Below are positions 1-11,067 of a stretch of DNA of 64,000 nucleotides, piece by piece. The notes below the pieces were generated by a model. That model made no database searches. It was not told the origin of the DNA and saw only the letters and a program-made list of their open reading frames with translations. Each line of letters begins with the position of its first letter. The first letter of the stretch is position 1. The position numbers and the translations under genes were made by a program. Source of the DNA: Glycera tridactyla (lineage: Eukaryota); contig OZ286469.1 of NCBI GenBank assembly GCA_965644265.1, forward strand, positions 62,930,001 through 62,994,000, written 5' to 3'.

Positions 1-289
1 TGGAAAATTCCCTAGTCTAGCAGAAGCAGCGGATTTAGCCAGTAAACACAGCAAGAGGGAGCTGAAAGAAGTGGTCAGCCCCACAAGATCACCACCCACA
101 CCACGAAGACAACAACAACCAGACAGGCCCAAAACACACACCAGCTTCAAAGACAAGCTGACAGCACCCGCCGCAACATCACAGCCAGCCCTTCATACAG
201 TACAGACTATCAGGTCCTGGACAATCATGCGCTGGTGTGTGCCCCAACACCACAGGATGGGCACGCCTGCCATGCAGGATTTCAATTGA
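1..289 (+). pseudogene. 3' part of LINE ORF1-derived fragment (partial unit U0)
   Basis: Translates to ...VSPTRSPPTPRRQQQPDRPKTHTSFKDKL as in other units; lacks both 21-bp ACAGGATCAGC.GC.TATGAC repeats (about -41 nt). Confidence 0.8.
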
Positions 290-312
290 CATCAGTTACA
301 AGTAAGCAAGAT

Positions 313-480
313 GATTACATTGCATTGTCAAAAGACAATTTGGCCAACATGAAAGATGTTTTCAGTATGTTACTAACAATTCTCCGCACACTGCAATGAT
401 ATGGGCATACAAGCTAATTTTTTTTGCATCTCAATCATTGCTGTTGGTGACTTGATGCAGTTATCACCAGTCAATATTCT
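313..480 (+). pseudogene. Decayed PIF1-family helicase fragment (present in the spacer of every unit)
   Basis: Reads YIALSKDNLANMKDVFSMLLTILRTLQ*YGHTS*FF(C)ISIIAVGDLMQLSPV; IIAVGDLxQLxPV is PIF1 motif III. Contains stops and a variable T7-T9 run. Confidence 0.7.
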
Positions 481-785
481 AATATATGTGATTTTGAGTA
501 AATTTCACTGAAACTCCAAAAAGAAGATCATGTACAAAACCTCATTCAATGGTCTGCAACATTTGATGTTCTGAATCAATATGGACAAATTATACATCAA
601 TCGATGCAAAATCTTGTCCTGCATTGATGTTCCAAATTTGGTGAAGATCCGTCAGAGTTGTGGAAGAATTTGACGAGGAATGGATATGAAGCTAGACGAA
701 ATCACTTCCTGGCTTCATTTTCGACTGCTGAAACAATCATGACCATCAGTTGCTTTCGCTCACGTCCGTGAGTGTGCCTTATATC

Positions 786-1511
786 ATGAAAGAAAAGGCT
801 CACTTGCCTATCGCTACCCAGACGTTGTCTGCAGTTACTATATCTTCGTCGTCGCAAACCAAGAGAGAACCTGTCGTCGTACAGTCCCCGGAGGTACTCA
901 TCATGAGCAGCTCCCATGTTGCCAGGATTCCCTCCAGTGCCCTGCAGGGTGCCACCAACGTGTCTCTAGCCGGTCGCGAGGGATATACTTGGGGTGATGC
1001 CCTAAAAGTGCTCCAGGGCAGGATGGAACCAGCCCGGGGGACCGTACCCCTCAGCGATCTACAGCAGTTAATACTTGATAGTGATGTGTGCGTGTTTGTC
1101 TACGGTTCTAACGATTTGGCCCGTAGATTCTTTGATGTGAAGCTGGGGGTGTGTCGAGGGCCTACCTCAGCTGAGGTTGTTGCAGATATGAAAGCCTTTC
1201 TATCTTATGTTCTCTACCTTCGAGTAAAGGCTGGTTTGCCTGTGCCACGTATCCACGTGTTGAGTGTTCTTGTGAGGCCAGATTGGGGACAAGAACTTGT
1301 GGATGCCGCGTGGAGGGTGAATGACGCTGTTTCAGCTCACCCTGACGTGGCATCTTTAATCATCCCTTTCTGGTTTCACCCGGAGTCCCACATCCGCCCT
1401 CCGACTGCACGAGGAAGTGTGGACAACAAGCATCTGCATCCCTATCTTTACAAAGAACTATTGAAGACTATAAAATGCGAGGTGAGGGGTCATGCTCCTG
1501 GTGACTGGTGA
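786..1511 (+). CDS. SGNH/GDSL-like hydrolase SGNH1, unit U1 (241 aa from ATG 786)
   Basis: Blocks: SSSH (G>S variant of GSSH), AGREG, YGSND, DNKH. Confidence 0.75.
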   Translation: MKEKAHLPIATQTLSAVTISSSSQTKREPVVVQSPEVLIMSSSHVARIPSSALQGATNVSLAGREGYTWGDALKVLQGRMEPARGTVPLSDLQQLILDSDVCVFVYGSNDLARRFFDVKLGVCRGPTSAEVVADMKAFLSYVLYLRVKAGLPVPRIHVLSVLVRPDWGQELVDAAWRVNDAVSAHPDVASLIIPFWFHPESHIRPPTARGSVDNKHLHPYLYKELLKTIKCEVRGHAPGDW

Positions 1512-1529
1512 GAGGTGATGTTTCTTGTT

Positions 1530-2099
1530 ATGTCCCTTTTGTATGTTCATAAATATACTGCCTCGAGCGCTGCTGCTACTATATCTACCAAGACTGCTGC
1601 GGTCTCTGCGACTATTTCTACACAGACTGCTACATCGAGCGCCTCTGCTACTACTTCTACCCAGACTGCTGCGTCCTCTACGACTATTTCGACACAGACG
1701 TCCGACGTGAAGGTTCAACCTGTATCAATACAGACTTTTGCAGTGCCATCCCTATCTTCGTCCTTGTCTTCTTCAGGTTCAAAAGTTCTCATCATGGGTA
1801 GCTCCCACGTGGCCCGGATTCCTGCTTCATTGCTAGAGGGAGCAACTAACGTGACTTTGGCTGGGCGAGAGGGCTTCACTTGGTCTGAAGCCCTACAAGT
1901 TTTGCAGGGAACAAAGGAGCCTTCGCGTGGGGACTTGTCTGCTGCTGCAATCCGAGACTTGATTCTAACAAGTACTGTTAGAGAAACTGTCACCCAGCAA
2001 GCAGGCCAAAAACCCATCTCAGGAAATCCAATCAGTTTCCAGCCCAGCACTGGACGATCTGGGATACACTCTATTGAACATAGAGAGCCTAGACACTAG
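1530..2099 (+). pseudogene. Partial SGNH paralogue SGNH2 (Ser/Thr/Ala repeats + blocks I-II only), U1
   Basis: IMGSSHVARIP...AGREGFTWSEAL; homology ends at DLILTSTV (~1980), then the frame reads into LINE sequence. No GSND or DxxH. Confidence 0.8.
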
Positions 2100-3160
2100 C
2101 CTAGGAAACACCATCATGGAGACGCCTACAAACACACTCACACAACCACCACACACACCAACATACAGCAGTGTAGTAGCAACAGCAATCATGTCGCCAA
2201 CCACACAGATGCTCCCAAACAAACAGCGCAGCAGACAGCTTAACCCTATCCCCACAGCAGAAGAGTTAGCAGCACATCAGAAACAGAATAGCAGACATCA
2301 GATCAAGATGCCATCTCCTAGGATCACAACAAAAACTGTGAAGAAAGCCAGCAACCCACCGATCAAGTATCTGTCCAACTATGACAGATACTACGAGCAC
2401 CTCTACCTTCCAGAGAGGGCACCTGAAGTAGGGCAGGGAGAAGTCGAGATCGAAGCACTAGACTGCTTCTCTAGGAAGTACGGGCTTATCCCATCATCCT
2501 ATGTGACCCAGATGGCGTCAGACAAACAGCACATTGACAGGTCATCCAACGAACAGCATGTCCAGATCCACTGGGTAGAGGGACACTACATCACCTCACA
2601 ACTCAAAAACAAGAAACTGAAGATCTGGGACTAGACCAACCAAAAACATCATCCAGAGGCTCACCCCACAGATCAAGGCGCTCTATGAGGAGAGCCAATT
2701 CGACCTGGTGCAGCACAGAATAGTGCAGAACCAGAATAACAGCACAGACTGTGGCCCCTTCGCAGCAGCCTTCGCCCAAATCCTGGTCATGACGAAGGCT
2801 GACTTGGGACAAATCGAGTTCCAGCAGGGCTCAATACGGGAAAAATTCCAGGCCAACCTCAACACCCTGGAGTCTCTGCCCTTCAAAACGAAGAGGAATC
2901 CGTTGAAAATCAACGACATCCTTGACCAGGCTGCCTCAAATGAAGTCTTTGCCAGGCAGACCATTCTAGAAGAAGCAGATGGAAAATTCCCTAGTCTAGC
3001 AGAAGCAGCGGATTTAGCCAGTAAACACAGCAAGAGGGAGCTGAAAGAAGTGGTCAGCCCCACAAGATCACCACCCACACCACGAAGACAACAACCAGAC
3101 AGGCCCAAAACACACACCAGCTTCAAAGACAAGCTGACAACACCCGCCGCAACATCATAG
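2074..3160 (+). pseudogene. LINE ORF1 fragment with Ulp1-like protease, disrupted, U1
   Basis: CT deletion at TGGGA^CTAGACC gives a stop at 2634; remainder 2708-3160. Confidence 0.8.
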
Positions 3161-3803
3161 CCAGCCCTGCATACAGTACAGACTATCAGGTCCTGGACAA
3201 TCATGCGCTGGTGTGTGCCCCAACACCACAGAATCAGCAGCTTATGACACAGGATCAGCGGCCTATGACACAGATGGGCACGCCTGCCATGCAGGATTTC
3301 AATTGACATCAGTTACAAGTAAGCAAGATGATTACATTGCATTGTCAAAAGACAATTTGGCCAACATGAAAGATGTTTTTAGTATGTGACTAACAATTCT
3401 CCGCACACTGCAATGATATGGGCATACAAGCTAATTTTTTTTTGCATCTCAATCATTGCTGTTGGTGACTTGATGCAGTTATCACCAGTCAATATTCTAA
3501 TATATGTGATTTTGAGTAAATTTCACTGAAACTCCAAAAAGAAGATCATGTACAAAACCTCATTCAATGGTCTGCAACATTTGATGTTCTGGATCAATAT
3601 GGACAAATTATACATCAATCGATGCAAAATCTCGTCCTGCATTGATGTTCCAAATTTGGTGAAGATCCTTCAGAGTTGTGGAAGAATTTGACGAGGAATG
3701 GATATGAAGCTAGACGAAATCACTTCCTGGCTTCATTTTCGACTGCTGAAACAATCATGACCATCAGTTGCTTTCGCTCACGTCCGTGAGTGTGCCTTAT
3801 ATC

Positions 3804-4415
3804 ATGAAAGAAAAGGCTCACTTGCCTATCGCTACCCAGACGTTGTCTGCAGTTACTATATCTTCGTCGTTGCAAACCAAGAGAGAACCTGTCGTCGTAC
3901 AGTCCCCGAAGGTACTCATCATGGGCAGCTCCCATGTTGCCAGGATTCCCTCCAGTGCCCTGCAGGGTGCCACCAACGTGTCTCTAGCCGGTCGCGAGGG
4001 ATATACTTGGGGTGATGCCCTAAAAGTGCTCCAGGGCAGGATGGAACCAGCCCGGGGGACCGTGCCCCTCAGCGATCTACAGCAGTTAATACTTGATAGT
4101 GATGTGTGCGTGTTTGTCTACGGTTCTAACGATTTGGCCCGTAGATTCTTTGATGTGAAGCTGGGGGTGTGTCGAGGGCCTACCTCAGCTGAGGTTGTTG
4201 CAGATATGAAAGCCTTTCTATCTTATGTTCTCTACCTTCGAGTAAAGGCTGGTTTGCCTGTGCCACGTATCCACGTGTTGAGTGTTCTTGTGAGGCCAGA
4301 TTGGGGACAAGAACTTGTGGATGCCGCGTGGAGGGTGAATGACGCTGTTTCAGCTCACCCTGACGTGGCATCTTTAATCATCCCTTTCTGGTTTCACCCG
4401 GAGTCCCACATCTGA
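3804..4415 (+). pseudogene. SGNH1 U2, truncated before the catalytic DNKH
   Basis: Small deletion after HPESHI gives TGA; the same lesion is in U8. Confidence 0.8.
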
Positions 4416-4541
4416 CTGCACGAGGAAGTGTGGACAACAAGCATCTGCATCCCTATCTTTACAAAGAACTATTGAAGACTATAAAATGCGAGGTGAGGGG
4501 TCATGCTCCTGGTGACTGGTGAGAGGTGATGTTTCTGTATT

Positions 4542-5087
4542 ATGTCCCTTTTGTATGTTCATAAATATACTGCCTCGAGCGCTGCTGCTACTATATCTAC
4601 CAAGACTGCTGCGGTCTCTCCGACTATTTCTACACAGACTGCTACATCGAGCGCCTCTGCTACTACTTCTACCCAGACTGCTGCGTCCTCTACGACTATT
4701 TCGACACAGACGTCCGACGTGAAGGTTCAACCTGTATCAATACAGACTTTTGCAGTGCCATCCCTATCTTCGTCCTTGTCTCCTTCAGGTTCAAAAGTTC
4801 TCATCATGGGTAGCTCCCACGTGGCCCGGATTCCTGCTTCATTGCTAGAGGGAGCAACTAACGTGACTTTGGCTGGGCGAGAGGGCTTCACTTGGTCTGA
4901 AGCCCTACAAGTTTTGCAGGGAAGAAAGGAGCCTTCGCGTGGGGACTTGTCTGCTGCTGCAATCCGAGACTTGATTCTAACAAGTACTGTTAGAGAAACT
5001 GTCACCCAGCAAGCAGGCCGAACCCATCTCAGGAAATCCAATCAGTTTCCAGCCCAGCACTGGACGATCTGGGATACACTCTATTGA
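4542..5087 (+). pseudogene. SGNH2 partial, U2
   Basis: As U1; extra frameshift near 5020. Confidence 0.75.
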
Positions 5088-6173
5088 ACATAGAGAGCCT
5101 AGACACTAGCCTAGGAAACACCATCATGGAGACACCTACAAACACACTCACACAACCACCACACACACCAACATACAGCAGTGTAGTAGCAACAGCAATC
5201 ATGTCGCCAACCACACAGATGCTCACAAAAATCCCCGCAGCAGACAGCTTAACCCAATCCCCACAGCAGAAGAGCTAGCAGCACATCAGAAACAGAATAG
5301 CAGACATCAGATCAAGATGCCATCTCCTAGGATCACAACAAAAACTGTGAAGAAAGCCAGCAACCCACCGATCAAGTATCTGTCCAACTATGACAGATAC
5401 TACAAGCACCTCTACCTTCCAGAGAGGGCACCTGAAGTAGGGCAGGGAGAAGTCGAGATCGAAGCACTAGACTGCTTCTCTAGGAAGTACGGGCTTATCC
5501 CATCATCCTATGTGACCCAGATGGCGTCAGAAAAACAGCACATTGACAGGTCATCCAAAAAACAGCATGTCCAGATCCACTGGGTGAGGGACACTACATC
5601 ACCTCACAACTCAAAAACAAGAAACTGAAGATCTGGGACTCTAGACCAACCAAAAACATCATCCAGAGGCTCACCCCACAGATCAAGGCGCTCTATGAGG
5701 AGAGCCAATTCGACCTGGTGCAGCACAGAATAGTGCAGAACCAGAATAACAGCACAGACTGTGGCCCCTTCGCAGCAGCCTTCGCCCAAATCCTGGTCAT
5801 GACGAAGGCTGACTTGGGACAAATCGAGTTCCAGCAGGGCTCAATACGGGAAAAATTCCAGGCCAACCTCAACACCCTGGAGTCTCTGCCCTTCAAAACG
5901 AAGAGGAATCCGTTGAAAATCAACGACATCCTTGACCAGGCTGCCTCAAATGAAGTCTTTGCCAGGCAGACCATTCTAGAAGAAGCAGCTGGAAAATTCC
6001 CTAGTCTAGCAGAAGCAGCGGATTTAGCCAGTAAACACAGCAAGAGGGAGCTGAAAGAAGTGGTCAGCCCCACAAGATCACCACCCACACCACGAAGACA
6101 ACAACAACCAGACAGGCCCAAAACACACACCAGCTTCAAAGACAAGCTGACAGCACCCGCCGCAACATCATAG
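5084..6173 (+). pseudogene. ORF1/Ulp1-like fragment, frameshifted, U2
   Basis: Broken into ORFs 5084-5278, 5317-5628 and 5718-6173. Confidence 0.8.
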
Positions 6174-6815
6174 CCAGCCCTGCATACAGTACAGACTATC
6201 AGGTCCTGGACAATCATGCGCTGGTGTGTGCCCCAACACCACAGGATCAGCAGCTTATGACACAGGATCAGCGGCCTATGACACAGATGGGCACGCCTGC
6301 CATGCAGGATTTCAATTGACATCAGTTACAAGTAAGCAAGATGATTACATTGCATTGTCAAAAGACAATTTGGCCAACATGAAAGATGTTTTTAGTATGT
6401 TACTAACAATTCTCCGCACACTGCAATGATATGGGCATACAAGCTAATTTTTTTTGCATCTCAATCATTGCTGTTGGTGACTTGATGCAGTTATCACCAG
6501 TCAATATTCTAATATATGTGATTTTGAGTAAATTTCACTGAAACTCCAAAAAGAAGATCATGTACAAAACCTCATTCAATGGTCTGCAACATTTGATGTT
6601 CTGAATCAATATGGACAAATTATACATCAATCGATGCAAAATCTCGTCCTGCATTGATGTTCCAAATTTGGTGAAGATCCTTCAGAGTTGTGGAAGAATT
6701 TGACGAGGAATGGATATGAAGCTAGACGAAATCACTTCCTGGCTTCATTTTCGACTGCTGAAACAATCATGACCATCAGTTGCTTTCGCTCACGTCCGTG
6801 AGTGTGCCTTATATC

Positions 6816-7541
6816 ATGAAAGAAAAGGCTCACTTGCCTATCGCTACCCAGACGTTGTCTGCAGTTACTATATCTTCGTCGTCGCAAACCAAGAGAGAAC
6901 CTGTCGTCGTACAGTCCCCGAAGGTACTCATCATGGGCAGCTCCCATGTTGCCAGGATTCCCTCCAGTGCCCTGCAGGGTGCCACCAACATGTCTCTAGC
7001 CGGTCGCGAGGGATATACCTGGGGTGATGCCCTAAAAGTGCTCCAGGGCAGGATGGAACCAGCCCGGGGGACCGTGCCCCTCAGCGATCTACAGCAGTTA
7101 ATACTTGATAGTGATGTGTGCGTGTTTGTCTACGGTTCTAACGATTTGGCCCGTGGATTCTTTGATGTAAAGCTGGGGGTGTGTCGAGGGCCTACCTCAG
7201 CTGAGGTTGTTGCAGATATGAAAGCCTTTCTATCTTATGTTCTCTACCTTCGAGTAAAGGCTGGTTTGCCTGTGCCACGTATCCACGTGTTGAGTGTTCT
7301 TGTGAGGCCAGATTGGGGACAAGAACTTGTGGATGCCGCGTGGAGGGTGAATGACGCTGTTTCAGCTCACCCTGACGTAGCATCTTTAATCATCCCTTTC
7401 TGGTTTCACCCGGAGTCCCACATCCGCCCTCTGACTGCACGAGGAAGTGTGGACAACAAGCATCTGCATCCCTATCTTTACAAAGAACTATTGAAGACTA
7501 TAAAATGCGAGGTGAGGGGTCATGCTCCTGGTGACTGGTGA
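6816..7541 (+). CDS. SGNH1 U3, intact
   Basis: GSSH/AGREG/GSND/DNKH all present. Confidence 0.8.
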   Translation: MKEKAHLPIATQTLSAVTISSSSQTKREPVVVQSPKVLIMGSSHVARIPSSALQGATNMSLAGREGYTWGDALKVLQGRMEPARGTVPLSDLQQLILDSDVCVFVYGSNDLARGFFDVKLGVCRGPTSAEVVADMKAFLSYVLYLRVKAGLPVPRIHVLSVLVRPDWGQELVDAAWRVNDAVSAHPDVASLIIPFWFHPESHIRPLTARGSVDNKHLHPYLYKELLKTIKCEVRGHAPGDW

Positions 7542-7560
7542 GAGGTGATGTTTCTGTATT

Positions 7561-8058
7561 ATGTCCCTTTCGTATGTTCATGAATATACTGCCTCGAGCG
7601 CTGCTGCTACTATATCTACCAAGACTGCTGCGGTCTCTGCGACTATTTCTACACAGACGTCCGACGTGAAGGTTCAACCTGTATCAATACAGACTTTTGC
7701 AGTGCCATCCCTATCTTCGTCCTTGTCTTCTTCAGGTTCAAAAGTTCTCATCATGGGTAGCTCCCACGTGGCCCGGATTCCTGCTTCATTGCTAGAGGGA
7801 GCAACTAACGTGACTTTGGCTGGGCGAGAGGGCTTCACTTGGTCTGAAGCCCTACAAGTTTTGCAGGGAAGAAAGGAGCCTTCGCGTGGGGACTTGTCTG
7901 CTGCTGCAATCCGAGACTTGATTCTAACAAGTACTGTTAGAGAAACTGTCACCCAGCAAGCAGGCCAAAAACCCATCTCAGGAAATCCAATCAGTTTCCA
8001 GCCCAGCACTGGACGATCTGGGATACACTCTATTGAACATAGAGAGCCTAGACACTAG
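7561..8058 (+). pseudogene. SGNH2 partial, U3 (72-nt in-frame deletion in the S/T/A repeats)
   Basis: 165 aa versus 189 aa in other units. Confidence 0.75.
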
Positions 8059-8074
8059 CCTAGGAAACACCATC

Positions 8075-9181
8075 ATGGAGACACCTACAAACACACTCAC
8101 ACAACCACCACACACACCAACATACAGCAGTGTAGTAGCAACAGCAATCATGTTGCCAACCACACAGATGCTCCCAAACAAACCGCGCAGCAGACAGCTT
8201 AACCCTATCCCCACAGCAGAAGAGTTAGCAGCACATCAGAAACAGAATAGCAGACATCAGATCAAGATGCCATCTCCTAGGATCACAACAAAAACTGTGG
8301 AGAAAGCCAGCAACCCACCGATCAAGTATCTGTCCAACTATGACAGATACTACGAGCACCTCTACCTTCCAGAGAGGGCACCTAAAGTAGGGCAGGGAGA
8401 AGTCGAGATCGAAGCACTAGACTGCTTCTCTAGGAAGTACGGGCTTATCCCATCATCCTATGTGACCCAGATGGCGTCAGAAAAACAGCACATTGACAGG
8501 TCATCCAACAAACAGCATGTCCAGATCCACTGGGTAGAGGGACACTACATCACCTCACAACTCAAAAACAAGAAACTGAAGATCTGGGACTCTAGACCAA
8601 CCAAAAACATCATCCAGAGGCTCACCCCACAGATCAAGGCGCTCTATGAGGAGAGCCAATTCGACCTGGTGCAGCACAGAATAGTGCAGAACCAGAATAA
8701 CAGCACAGACTGTGGCCCCTTCGCAGCAGCCTTCGCCCAAATCCTGGTCATGACGAAGGCTGACTTGGGACAAATCGAGTTCCAGCAGGGCTCAATACGG
8801 GATAAATTCCAGGCCAACCTCAACACCCTGGAGTTGAAAATCAACGACATCCTTGACCAGGCTGCCTCAAATGAAGTCTTTGCCAGGCAGACCATTCTAG
8901 AAGAAGCAGCTGGAAAATTCCCTAGTCTAGCAGAAGCAGCGGATTTAGCCAGTAAACACAGCAAGAGGGAGCTGAAAGAAGTGGTCAGCCCCACAAGATC
9001 ACCACCCACACCACGAAGACAACAACAACCAGACAGGCCCAAAACACACACCAGCTTCAAAGACAAGCTGACAGCACCCGCCGCAACATCACAGCCAGCC
9101 CTGCATACAGTACAGACTATCAGGTCCTGGACAATCATGCGCTGGTGTGTGCCCCAACACCACAGGATCAGCAGCTTATGA
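8075..9181 (+). CDS. Open Ulp1/C48-like protease ORF (ORF1-derived, 368 aa from first ATG), U3
   Basis: QIHWVEGHYIT...IWDS...QNQNNSTDCGPFAAAFAQ intact; 30-nt in-frame deletion downstream of the catalytic Cys. Confidence 0.65.
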   Translation: METPTNTLTQPPHTPTYSSVVATAIMLPTTQMLPNKPRSRQLNPIPTAEELAAHQKQNSRHQIKMPSPRITTKTVEKASNPPIKYLSNYDRYYEHLYLPERAPKVGQGEVEIEALDCFSRKYGLIPSSYVTQMASEKQHIDRSSNKQHVQIHWVEGHYITSQLKNKKLKIWDSRPTKNIIQRLTPQIKALYEESQFDLVQHRIVQNQNNSTDCGPFAAAFAQILVMTKADLGQIEFQQGSIRDKFQANLNTLELKINDILDQAASNEVFARQTILEEAAGKFPSLAEAADLASKHSKRELKEVVSPTRSPPTPRRQQQPDRPKTHTSFKDKLTAPAATSQPALHTVQTIRSWTIMRWCVPQHHRISSL

Positions 9182-9736
9182 CACAGGATCAGCGGCCTAT
9201 GACACAGATGGGCACGCCTGCCATGCAGGATTTCAATTGACATCAGTTACGAGTAAGCAAGATGATTACATTGCATTGTCAAAAGACAATTTGGCCAACA
9301 TGAAAGATGTTTTTAGTATGTTACTAACAATTCTCCGCACACTGCAATGATATGGGCATACAAGCTAATTTTTTTTGCATCTCAATCATTGCTGTTGGTG
9401 ACTTGTTGCAGTTATCACCAGTCAATATTCTAATATATGTGATTTTGAGTAAATTTCACTGAAACTCCAAAAAGAAGATCATGTACAAAACCTCATTCAA
9501 TGGTCTGCAACATTTGATGTTCTGAATCAATATGGACAAATTATACATCAATCGATGCAAAATCTCGTCCTGCATTGATGTTCCAAATTTGGTGAAGATC
9601 CGTCAGAGTTGTGGAAGAATTTGACGAGGAATGGATATGAAGCTAGACGAAATCACTTCCTGGCTTCATTTTCGACTGCTGAAACAATCATGACCATCAG
9701 TTGCTTTCGCTCACGTCCGTGAGTGTGCCTTATATC

Positions 9737-10462
9737 ATGAAAGAAAAGGCTCACTTGCCTATCGCTACCCAGACGTTGTCTGCAGTTACTATATCTTCGT
9801 CGTCGCAAACCAAGAGAGAACCTGTCGTCGTACAGTCCCCGAAGGTACTCATCATGGGCAGCTCCCATGTTGCCAGGATTCCCTCCAGTGCCCTGCTGGG
9901 TGCCACCAACGTGTCTCTAGCCGGTCGCGAGGGATATACTTGGGGTGATGCCCTAAAAGTGCTCCAGGGCAGGATGGAACCAGCCCGGGGGACCGTGCCC
10001 CTCAGCGATCTACAGCAGTTAATACTTGATAGTGATGTGTGCGTGTTTGTCTACGGTTCTAACGATTTGGCCCGTAGATTCTTTGATGTGAAGCTGGGGG
10101 TGTGTCGAGGGCCTACCTCAGCTGAGGTTGTTGCAGATATGAAAGTCTTTCTATCTTATGTTCTCTACCTTCGAGTAAAGGCTGGTTTGCCTGTGCCACG
10201 TATCCACGTGTTGAGTGTTCTTGTGAGGCCAGATTGGGGACAAGAACTTGTGGATGCCGCGTGGAGGGTGAATGACGCTGTTTCAGCTCACCCTGACGTG
10301 GCATCTTTAATCATCCCTTTCTGGTTTCACCCGGAGTCCCACATCCGCCCTCTGACTGCACGAGGAAGTGTGGACAACAAGCATCTGCATCCCTATCTTT
10401 ACAAAGAACTATTGAAGACTATAAAATGCGAGGTGAGGGGTCATGCTCCTGGTGACTGGTGA
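9737..10462 (+). CDS. SGNH1 U4, intact
   Basis: All four SGNH blocks. Confidence 0.8.
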   Translation: MKEKAHLPIATQTLSAVTISSSSQTKREPVVVQSPKVLIMGSSHVARIPSSALLGATNVSLAGREGYTWGDALKVLQGRMEPARGTVPLSDLQQLILDSDVCVFVYGSNDLARRFFDVKLGVCRGPTSAEVVADMKVFLSYVLYLRVKAGLPVPRIHVLSVLVRPDWGQELVDAAWRVNDAVSAHPDVASLIIPFWFHPESHIRPLTARGSVDNKHLHPYLYKELLKTIKCEVRGHAPGDW

Positions 10463-10481
10463 GAGGTGATGTTTCTGTATT

Positions 10482-11051
10482 ATGTCCCTTTTGTATGTTC
10501 ATAAATATACTGCCTCGAGCGCTGCTGCTACTATATCTACCAAGACTGCTGCGGTCTCTGCGACTATTTCTACACAGACTGCTACATCGAGCGCCTCTGC
10601 TACTACTTCTACCCAGACTGCTGCGTCCTCTACGACTATTTCGACACAGACGTCCGACGTGAAGGTTCAACCTGTATCGATACAGACTTTTGCAGTGCCA
10701 TCCCTATCTTCGTCCTTGTCTTCTTCAGGTTCAAAAGTTCTCATCATGGGTAGCTCCCACGTGGCCCAGATTCCTGCTTCATTGCTAGAGGGAGCAACTA
10801 ACGTGACTTTGGCTGGGCGAGAGGGCTTCACTTGGTCTGAAGCCCTACAAGTTTTGCAGGGAAGAAAGGAGCCTTCGCGTGGGGACTTGTCTGCTGCTGC
10901 AATCCGAGACTTGATTCTAACAAGTACTGTTAGAGAAACTGTCACCCAGCAAGCAGGCCAAAAACCCATCTCAGGAAATCCAATCAGTTTCCAGCCCAGC
11001 ACTGGACGATCTGGGATACACTCTATTGAACATAGAGAGCCTAGACACTAG
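10482..11051 (+). pseudogene. SGNH2 partial, U4
   Basis: As U1. Confidence 0.75.
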
Positions 11052-11067
11052 CCTAGGAAACACCATC

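Noticed and set aside
2683-3309. Recurrent minus-strand ORFs in each unit (up to 209-236 aa, and the 63-111 aa ones)
   Set aside because: Antisense shadows of the A/C-rich plus-strand ORFs; no motifs; they recur only because the unit is repeated.
6226-6429. 67-aa ORF MCPNTTGSAAYDT... repeated in most units
   Set aside because: A chance fusion of a LINE-tail frame with the PIF1 relic, with a non-ATG start; not treated as a gene.
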